64,000 nucleotides of DNA, taken from an uncultured Candidatus Poseidoniales archaeon (GTDB lineage Archaea; Thermoplasmatota; Poseidoniia; Poseidoniales; Poseidoniaceae). The position numbers and the translations under genes are program-made. Location: positions 26,004 through 90,003 of the forward strand of contig CACODE010000001.1 of the NCBI GenBank assembly GCA_902625885.1. The letters run 5' to 3'. Within the stretch, counting starts at the first letter, position 1. Each line of letters starts with the position of its first letter. A model generated the notes under the pieces. The model was not told the DNA's origin. It worked only from the letters and a program-made list of their open reading frames with translations, and did not search any database. Below are positions 15,719-24,500 of this stretch, piece after piece.

Positions 15719-18700
15719 ATGCGACGAAGCCAAACAGCCATTTTGACGACGCTTGCAGTGGTTGCAAGCCTGTTGTTCATGTCGCAGTTCCCGGCCATCT
15801 CCAACGTGGCCAACGTTCACCCAGAAGACGCCACTTCCGGTGGTCCCCAAAAGACGGACACGGACGGTGACTCCATTCCGGATGTTCACGAAAATCTGTT
15901 TGAAGAGTGGATGAACTGGACCGCCGTGGACGGCCGGGACGTTTCCATTCCCGGACTTGACAAGGACACGGCGGACAACGATTTGGACAACGACATCGAC
16001 GGTCTCAACGCCACCGAGGAGTATTGCTGGCCCTATCCAGCGAATTGCACCGCTCCTGGCTTCCCACGAGGCTTGACCGGAGAACTTGATGAGAACAACA
16101 ATCGCATGTACCTTGACCCTCGCATTTCCGATACGGATGGCGACGGCATGCCTGACGGGTACGAAGTCTACATGTGCCATCGTTTGGGCGGTTTCGACCC
16201 TGTTGACCTGCGGTACTCATGCCCTTCCTTTGACCCGCTCAACGGAAGCGATGTCACGTTGGACAGCGATAACGACGGTTTTGACGTGAATCGCGATGGC
16301 ATACTGAGCGATTCCGAGCGGTACACGGCCCCGGAGGAGTATGCCTACGGTATGCCATCCAATTTTACGGCAGAACTTGATGGGCTTTGGTGCTACGCCA
16401 CCGAGCCTGAGGGTTCGGTTCTCAAGAACTGGCCATACCTGCCATCAGGCAACAACGCCACGTTCCACAACCTTCTGGCGGCGTGCACAAAAACTGCGGC
16501 CAATCCGGTTGGAGAAGACTTGTGGTTGGGCACCGACCCGTTGATGGACGATTCTGACCGATACCTATGGGACGGTTTTTCCATCAGGCCGCTGTATCCT
16601 TCCTTCGGAGACGGCATACCGGATGGATGGGAGGTCCACTTCGGGCTCAATCCACTCAACCGCTCCAACGCCTTGGACGATCCTGACAACGATGGGTGGG
16701 ACGCCAACCGTGACGGTGGCCTTTCTGACGACGTTTCTCGGACCGAAACAGCGCTGAAGTTGGGCGAAGCCCTGTCCACTTTGGAAGAATACCTGGTTCA
16801 CTATGACGACGGAAACACGGTTTATCCTGGACTAAAATCGACGTATGTAGGGGACGAAATTGATTTCACGACGATGCCACTCGTTTACGATGCGCCTGCG
16901 GACACTTTGGCCGTGATGCATCATGACATTCGCTCGTTGGACGAAAACGGTGGCAAAATTTACGCCATGACAAAATACGGTGTGAGCGTTCTTGATAGCG
17001 AACAGAACGCCCAATCCCATCACTGGTTACCCGAGGGCATTGTCCTCAATGATGGTTTCTTGGCTCGCTCAAACGGCCTTCCCTACGCAGCGGTTCTTGG
17101 AACAACAGCGGGTTTCGCTGTGGCGCCGCTACTAGCGGATGGAGCCCTTGGTTCGATGCCCACATGGTCCTGGAGCTTCGCTGAGAAAGTGAACGCTGTG
17201 GCGCCGTTGGCCGGCGAAGACACGAACCTCCACGTCATAGGACTCGGCGACGGAGGTGAAGGCCTCGTCATTGAAATCGACGGCAACGCCAACATCATCA
17301 CCACGTCCGAAATTGGGGCGGGTCTGAAAGCCGGGCTCGGTGAGGCCAACGCCTCGGTCTCCGCGATTCAGCACGGCCTTGTCGGTGGCTCGACGTTCCA
17401 TCTTTTCGTTGGTACCGATCGCGGTTTGTTGGTTGTAGACACACCAACAGCCAGGGATGAAGCGACCGGTGAGTGGCGGTTTTTCTTCACCCGAGAGACC
17501 AATCCTATACCGACGAACGTTGACGAATTGCGGAGTTTACCGCTCGGTGTCAACGACAACCCGGCCGATGTTCGCACCTTGGTCTTGGACGGCCCGTCGG
17601 CAAACAACGCTCAGGCCTTGTGGTTTGGTACGCCCTCAGGCGTTCACAAATTGGACCTTATCGAAGACATGATCGAGCACAGCGGGCTTTACGTCCACCC
17701 TGGTGTCGATGGCAAACTCTCCCAAGACACCAACAACATCTACGCCATTCATCCGACCGGTGATGAAATCCTTATTGGTTCAGCCTGGGGCCTTTGGGCC
17801 ATCGCAGGCGATCACGACGCTGTTTACGGTCTTCAAGACCAGACTCGGCTCCCCGGTCAAATCGTCGCCATCACCACCTCTGTGGAAGAGGGCAACGTCA
17901 CGGTGTATGGTTCGGCCACACCCGGTCAGTTTGCCAACCTTCAACTGATGGACCCGGGGGCCAACGACTCCGATGCCGACGGCATGCCGGACGGTTGGGA
18001 AGTCGTTCACGGCCTCGACCCCACAGACCCATGGGACGCTTTGTACGACCCGGATGCAGACGGCATCAACCTCGACCAGTCGGCCGATATGAGTCTCGAC
18101 CGATTGTGGACCAACCTCGACGAGTTCCGCTACACAAAAACCACGCCAGAGGGGTACAATTCAACCGACCCCAGAATTGGCGACACCGACGGGGACGGAC
18201 TTGGGGATGGTGCTGAACATTACGGCTTCTTCTACGAACAATCCAACCTCTGGTGCTACTACACGGTGCAAATGGAATACCTCTGCGATGAAAGCAAGGG
18301 TCAGGCTGCCAACGCTACTTACCTCGCCATCGCTAACGTAGACACGGCTACGGACCCCACGAACCACGACTCTGATGGCGACGGCATGCCTGACGGGTGG
18401 GAGATTCAACACCGCCGATGGATCGGCGATTCGTTTACCGGTGGGAACAATTGGAGTCTCGACCCGCTGAGGCCTGAGGACGCCAACTGGGATGCGGACG
18501 GTGACGGTTTACCCAACCTTTGCGAGTACCAGTGGTCCATCGTCCGCCTCATGGGCATTGATGGCGACCTGCTTGAGGACTACGGCGAATCCCCAGAGGC
18601 CGCCGAATCGTGGGCGGTTGCCGACCCAAACCTCGTTGACTCCGATGGCGACACCCTTCCCGACGGCTGGGAATCCAAAGGGCTCTGTTCGTGGGACCCA

Positions 18701-21466
18701 TCCCGACGTGGTGTTAACCCGCTCAACGGCTCCGACGCTTTTGAAAACCCAGACGGCGATGGGTACGACGTGAATCGGGACGGGGAGATTTCCTTGGATG
18801 AAGCCTTTGTGAACTACCTCGAATACCACATTCGCTCCGACCTTTTCAACGGCAACTTAACGCTGGATGGGGAAGCCGTTCCAGGAAACTTTACCACGAA
18901 GTTGTTTGACAACATCGCCGATTTGGGTGCACCAGAAGACACGTTTGCTGACAGAGCGTCGGGTTCGGTAACGGCCGGTTTATCCGAATACAGCATCGGT
19001 GCAGCAGACCCGTTGGACGCCGACACCGATGCTGACGGCATGCCGGACGGCTGGGAGATATGGTTTGCGAGATGGAACCTTCTCGACGACGCTTGGACGC
19101 TCAATCCCCTCGACTCAACCGACCGGTGGCAAGACGCTGACGACGACGGCATGACCAACTGGGAAGAGTACAACGTCATTTCACCGATGCTCTCTGAAAC
19201 CGATGTGAACCGCTCATCGCCACAGTGGTTCGTCACCACCATCGGTCTATCCTTCGCCCTGCAACAGTGGCCGGGGATACCGACCACCGCTTCGTTCGGC
19301 GATTTCTTGACGGAAAATCAGACCAACCTGACGGGTTTGACGGCCGACCCGAACAATGTGGATACGGACGGCGACGGTATGCTTGATGGGGTGGAGCTGT
19401 TGTTCACCACGTGGAACGTCTCAGCCGGGGTCTGGACGCTCAACCCCCTCGTGGCCGGTGATGGCGATTTTGACGGGGACGAGGACGGACTCAACGATCG
19501 CCAAGAATTTGCCCTGGCGACCCAGCAACCCGACAATGGTGTTGACCACCCGAGCGATGCGCCGCTTCTGCACATCGACGGTGATTTCCAACAACCCACC
19601 GAGAAAGCCCAGCGCGTGTTTAACATTCTCATTTCAAAGGAAACGCGCGGAAAACGGCTCCTCAACGACTTCAACGCTTGGCAACAAGGTGAACCACCCA
19701 ACGCCTTCATCGAGGTGGTTTTGGGCATGACCGATCCGACCATTGCCGATACGGATGGCGACGGCATGTACGACGGCTTCGAATACTGGTTCACCTCATG
19801 GGACTTGGACCAAAACCGGTGGTCGATCAACCCGCTTATTGACGGGGATGTGAACTTGGATTCGGATCAAGACAGTTTCGACTGCAACGGCGATGGAAGC
19901 ATCGACGTCAACGAAACCTTCAGCAATCTGCGTGAATGGGAATCCAGAACCTGGGGTAAATTCCTGACCCGAAACACCGTTCCTGCAAATCTCGGCATCA
20001 TTGATTTCGGTGAGGATGCCATGGCGGCTTATCAAGAGGAACTCGGGTTTTCACCTCTTCAAGCACAACAAGCGTTGTACCAAGACTTCATCAAAAAAGG
20101 ACAGGAATCCCTTGAGCGTATGGAGAAAATCAACTCATTGGACAATGAAAATTTCAATCGAAGTTTGCGTGGCGTCGCCGACCCAACACATCCTGATTCC
20201 GACAGCGACGGTATCCCCGATGGATGGGAGTATTGCTATGCAATCTACGGAATGGACGACATCACGACCGAGAATCACTGGGCGGCCAACCCGTTGAATC
20301 CGTGGGACGTGGATTACGACGGGGACCACGACGGATGGTACGACCGGACCAGCTTCGACATCCCAGCCGAACAAGGTTCGTGGGAAAACAGGGTGTTCAC
20401 GCCGTCTGGCATTACCGTTCAAAACGGGGTGGGCGATTTGCCGTTCACGAACTTCATGGAGTACGACAACCAAACCCGACCGGATTTGAACGACAGCGAT
20501 GCAGACAGCCGTACGTTCATCACCACGGTGGAGAACGGCGCTGTCGTTTCTCATGTGAGGGATTACAACTATTCTGATGGCCGAGAGGTGTTCAAGTACG
20601 GCTCAAACCCAAGCGACAACGATACTGACGGTGACATGCTTCCCGACTGGTACGAGTACAAGATGGCATGGAACGAGAGCAACGACAATTTCAGTTCGTT
20701 CCTCAACATTCGTGTCGTTTGGATAGATGTGGCGACGGGTGGTGCCTGCAACACCGACACAACCTCCTGCCTGCCATTGTCTCAAGACGGCTCAGGAGGA
20801 ACGCTGGGGAGGCCCGATACCGAATTCACATGGTTCACGTTGGACCCTGCCAATCCAAACGACGCCAACGAAGATCCTGACCAAGACGGCAATTGGGATT
20901 GTTCTGGGGCAGGATGCAGTTACGAATCTTACACGAATTTCCAGGAATTCTACGCCATTACCACGAGCGATTACGCTTCGCCGAATGCGGTCAGGCTCAG
21001 CGGTTTGACCCACGAAGGCATGCCCGTCACCGAAGGATGGCAGTTCAGAGCGGCCATTTTGGGCCTCGGGCAATCCAACGAATTGACGTTGAATTATTTG
21101 AAACTCGATAAGTACGGAGGACCGGACAATCAGTACGGCTACATCGTTGACGACCGCGACACAAACTACCTCATCGTTGACCCGTCAGACGACATCGTCC
21201 TGATGGCAGGGAACCGCACCGATGCCTGGGACATTTACTACGCCGGTTCCCCGAACACGCCACCGGTGCGAAACGTTGGCGAACACGAATACGGCTGGTA
21301 TTTGCTCGACTTCGATGACGATCACCTCGCCGAGGGCAGCAGCCCCAAAAATTGGGATACGGATGGCGACTGGATGAACGATTGGTTCGAAGTAAGGGAT
21401 GACGAAGAGGACGGCGTTCGTGGCGATTCTTCGCCAATTCGCTACGATTCTCGTCAGACCAATTGA
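15719..21466 (+). CDS. Giant (1916 aa) secreted protein built from ≥20 thrombospondin-type-3-like Asp-rich calcium-binding repeats; no C-terminal TM
   Basis: Signal peptide MRRSQTAILTTLAVVASLLFMSQFPAISNVANV. Recurrent modules DTDGDGMPDGYEVY, DSDADGMPDGWEVVHGLDPTDPWD, DSDGDGMPDGWEIQHRRW, DADTDADGMPDGWEIWFARWNLLDDAWTLNPLD, DTDGDGMLDGVELLFTTWNV, DSDSDGIPDGWEYCY, DTDGDMLPDWYEYKMAWN and others. Confidence 0.85.
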   Translation: MRRSQTAILTTLAVVASLLFMSQFPAISNVANVHPEDATSGGPQKTDTDGDSIPDVHENLFEEWMNWTAVDGRDVSIPGLDKDTADNDLDNDIDGLNATEEYCWPYPANCTAPGFPRGLTGELDENNNRMYLDPRISDTDGDGMPDGYEVYMCHRLGGFDPVDLRYSCPSFDPLNGSDVTLDSDNDGFDVNRDGILSDSERYTAPEEYAYGMPSNFTAELDGLWCYATEPEGSVLKNWPYLPSGNNATFHNLLAACTKTAANPVGEDLWLGTDPLMDDSDRYLWDGFSIRPLYPSFGDGIPDGWEVHFGLNPLNRSNALDDPDNDGWDANRDGGLSDDVSRTETALKLGEALSTLEEYLVHYDDGNTVYPGLKSTYVGDEIDFTTMPLVYDAPADTLAVMHHDIRSLDENGGKIYAMTKYGVSVLDSEQNAQSHHWLPEGIVLNDGFLARSNGLPYAAVLGTTAGFAVAPLLADGALGSMPTWSWSFAEKVNAVAPLAGEDTNLHVIGLGDGGEGLVIEIDGNANIITTSEIGAGLKAGLGEANASVSAIQHGLVGGSTFHLFVGTDRGLLVVDTPTARDEATGEWRFFFTRETNPIPTNVDELRSLPLGVNDNPADVRTLVLDGPSANNAQALWFGTPSGVHKLDLIEDMIEHSGLYVHPGVDGKLSQDTNNIYAIHPTGDEILIGSAWGLWAIAGDHDAVYGLQDQTRLPGQIVAITTSVEEGNVTVYGSATPGQFANLQLMDPGANDSDADGMPDGWEVVHGLDPTDPWDALYDPDADGINLDQSADMSLDRLWTNLDEFRYTKTTPEGYNSTDPRIGDTDGDGLGDGAEHYGFFYEQSNLWCYYTVQMEYLCDESKGQAANATYLAIANVDTATDPTNHDSDGDGMPDGWEIQHRRWIGDSFTGGNNWSLDPLRPEDANWDADGDGLPNLCEYQWSIVRLMGIDGDLLEDYGESPEAAESWAVADPNLVDSDGDTLPDGWESKGLCSWDPSRRGVNPLNGSDAFENPDGDGYDVNRDGEISLDEAFVNYLEYHIRSDLFNGNLTLDGEAVPGNFTTKLFDNIADLGAPEDTFADRASGSVTAGLSEYSIGAADPLDADTDADGMPDGWEIWFARWNLLDDAWTLNPLDSTDRWQDADDDGMTNWEEYNVISPMLSETDVNRSSPQWFVTTIGLSFALQQWPGIPTTASFGDFLTENQTNLTGLTADPNNVDTDGDGMLDGVELLFTTWNVSAGVWTLNPLVAGDGDFDGDEDGLNDRQEFALATQQPDNGVDHPSDAPLLHIDGDFQQPTEKAQRVFNILISKETRGKRLLNDFNAWQQGEPPNAFIEVVLGMTDPTIADTDGDGMYDGFEYWFTSWDLDQNRWSINPLIDGDVNLDSDQDSFDCNGDGSIDVNETFSNLREWESRTWGKFLTRNTVPANLGIIDFGEDAMAAYQEELGFSPLQAQQALYQDFIKKGQESLERMEKINSLDNENFNRSLRGVADPTHPDSDSDGIPDGWEYCYAIYGMDDITTENHWAANPLNPWDVDYDGDHDGWYDRTSFDIPAEQGSWENRVFTPSGITVQNGVGDLPFTNFMEYDNQTRPDLNDSDADSRTFITTVENGAVVSHVRDYNYSDGREVFKYGSNPSDNDTDGDMLPDWYEYKMAWNESNDNFSSFLNIRVVWIDVATGGACNTDTTSCLPLSQDGSGGTLGRPDTEFTWFTLDPANPNDANEDPDQDGNWDCSGAGCSYESYTNFQEFYAITTSDYASPNAVRLSGLTHEGMPVTEGWQFRAAILGLGQSNELTLNYLKLDKYGGPDNQYGYIVDDRDTNYLIVDPSDDIVLMAGNRTDAWDIYYAGSPNTPPVRNVGEHEYGWYLLDFDDDHLAEGSSPKNWDTDGDWMNDWFEVRDDEEDGVRGDSSPIRYDSRQTN

Positions 21467-21519
21467 CGACGTCGTTGTGTTGCCCCCAAACCGCATCATT
21501 CAAATGGTAACTGGAGCGT

Positions 21520-24500
21520 GTGGGAAACATGCACGGTGGCGGCAAGCAACGGTTCCATACCCGAGCCGTGTTTTTCCTTCTCGTCTCCATGATGGTTTTC
21601 ACCCCGCTCGGTCCACTAGCAGAGGTGATGATATCGGAGGCTGAGGCTGCGTCAGGAACCAGGCACGTCTACGAGTTCAGCGACGGTTCAGTAGAACACA
21701 TCGCCCTGTATCAAGGAGCAAATCCAGACATGGGAGCCGCTGTTTCCCTACCCAGAGGGGCCCTCGTAACAGACGTGAGCATGACCCTATCGGGGGCATC
21801 AGCAACCGGCTGGTCACAAATCGTCACAGACGACAGGGATCATTGGATTCGGGGTACAGAGGCTGATATTGACGACCGGTCGGGCGACTTAACCCTCGCC
21901 ATGAGCAACGTGAGTCGAAACTTCTTGCCTCATGCAGGGGATGCTTATGTTGACCCCAATTCAGACGCCTGGCTCGACAACGGCTCTTACGCCCTGCGAC
22001 AGCCGCACACCTCAAACGCTACCGAAGCGTTGTATTCCCAACAATTGACCAAAACTTCGTCAAGTTTCATGGCGCAAAGCCAAGGAGCCATCCTGAAACA
22101 TCACGACTGGCTGTTCTTGTCAACATGGTCTTCGTCTACCTTCAGCAACATTGTTGAACGGTTGTACCCCAACAACGCTTCTCGTGAATCGGTCATCACC
22201 TTGGACAAAGCAGCGTGCACCCTCCCGCAGAAACACTCCTCCTCTTACTACGGCTACTACGGTTTCCGAGACTGGACGATCACCGACGATGAACGCCTTT
22301 TCGGCATCCTTTCAGGCTACAGGTACACCTACGGTTCCACCGCTCCGGTGAATTACCATCGCGTCATGGAGATGGACATCTCGAGAGACGATACCTGGAC
22401 ATGCATTGATTCCTACGATATCTCGCCATCCGTCGGTGAGTACACCGGCATCGCTTACGACCGTCAGACGGGCAAAGTTTGGGTGGCCCACAACGCCATG
22501 AATCGACTCTATGCTTACGAATTTGAGAGCGACGGGACGTCAACGTACACGCGCAGTTCGGACTTTTACAGCTACACCTCGGCCAGTGGCTCGAGCTGGG
22601 AATGCGGAGGCACATACGGGAGCAGTTCCAAACAAATGCTGCGAGGCCTAGAAGTAAACGGTTCAACATTTTACATGCGTTGTCAAGAAGACTCCCCCTA
22701 CAACGACCGGGATCAACTAGAAGCTTGGTCGGTATCGGGGAGTTCTTCGGCGCTGATTCCTGAGTCCACGACAAAACAAATTTCTCGCTTGGGCTACGGT
22801 TTGCAGTTCGACGGTGAACGCTTCGTGACCGTTGACTGTGGCTACTCAACATGGTCGGGCGCCACCCTCTACTACCGTGAATTTGGAACGGGGTGGATGT
22901 ACGAAACCACACCCGCTCCCGGGACCACGACGTGGTACGGCGAAGTCGTTCACTCCGGCGACGAGGTTCTCTCCGCAAACGTGGAAACGTATTGGTCAGC
23001 AGCGTCCATTGGCGACCGCGTGGACTACTGGATTTCAGCAGACAACGGGACCCATTGGGAGGAGGTCGAATCCGAATCCACCATACACTTTGACCATCCC
23101 GGTAAGGAACTGATTTGGAAAGCGCAACTCATCGGCTCCACGGCCGTATCGTGGTGGGTTGACGTTGAATATTCCACCGCTTACGAAACCAGCGGGAATT
23201 GGTTGTCACCGTCGTTCAACACGGGAACAAAAGTCGGGAAAGTCCGACCCCAATGGATTGCTGACGCACCGTCCCAGACCTCCATTGAGGTCAAGGTCTC
23301 CAACGACAACGGCACCACGTGGCTTGACGCTTCAAACAATCAGGAAAGGAGTTTCTCCACCCAAGCGGCTGGCAACACCCTTCGTTACGCCGTGTTTTAC
23401 GAAACAACGGACGCCAGTGTTTCTCCGTCGATTGACGAGTTTGTTCTGGAGTATGAGGAAGGCTACCCAGACCGCCCGATGCTCGATGTTGGGGCCGACG
23501 GCACGTACGACTGGGAGGCGGATATTTTCCTCAACGAATCTTCCGTCGTCGCTTCCGACGACTCCCCGGTTGGTGCTATCGTCAAGAAAGCCCCCACGTT
23601 GGTGGCCGCCTTCAACGACCACGTTCCCGAAAACGGCGACGGTTTCGTCGACATCCCTATCGCTGTGAAAGCTGCGAGTTCCGGACGGGTCAAAATTTCA
23701 AACATCGACATCACGTACGCCATGCAAACAAGAGCCGTAGGGGCTTCGTTTGAGGGTGGTCTTGCAGCTCCGGATGGCTTGTACCGCAACTTCATCACCC
23801 GAATCGCTCCGGGGGACGAGGTTGACCACGTGACGAAGGCCGTGATCGCCATCGAACACGCTCATGGCGACAACCCGAACTTCACATGGCAACGAGGTGA
23901 CAGTTGCACCGTGAATTCCGATGCCGGTGGCATCGTTGTCTTTGACGCTGCCAACTGCACTTCTGTGGAGGATGCAGATGGCGTGGTTTCTGTCTGGATG
24001 CCAACCAAAGTCAACTGGTCGTGGGATGACGAGCGCAGCACGGAAGCCATTGTTTCCGTCGAGGACGACCTAGGCATTGCCGTGGACCAGTGGACCACTC
24101 CCGACATGGACCTCGTCGTTGAAAACGACATTCAACTGGACGGTTTGAGGGTCTGGGAAGAAACGGGGCGGCAGTTGTTCCCGATGGATTGGGTCCGAGG
24201 GGGCTTTAACATCAGTTTCAGCGGCTCCATTCATTTCCAAGATTCACAATTGATGCCGCCTGCAGGCAGTTTTTCCCTGCGCGTGCTTGGCCAAAACGTA
24301 ACCTACGACGGCGATCCAATGGGGGAACCTGTCGTCCTTTACGAAGAGGCCAACCCTGCATTCGGTGCTTACAACATGACGTTTGTCTCCCCTGTTGAAT
24401 CAGAGCCCGGTGGCATGATTTTCTACGTGCAGGCGGTCGATCTCGAAAACGGCTCAACTTATACAAACCCGAACTACAACACCATCCGACTCATCTTGGA

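Noticed and set aside
15533-16180. N-terminal 216 codons of the 486-aa ORF containing the MBL hydrolase
   Set aside because: Sequence upstream of MTMTITHLGSGS is non-protein-like. It would overlap the divergent giant-gene promoter; the YycJ family starts at the internal Met.
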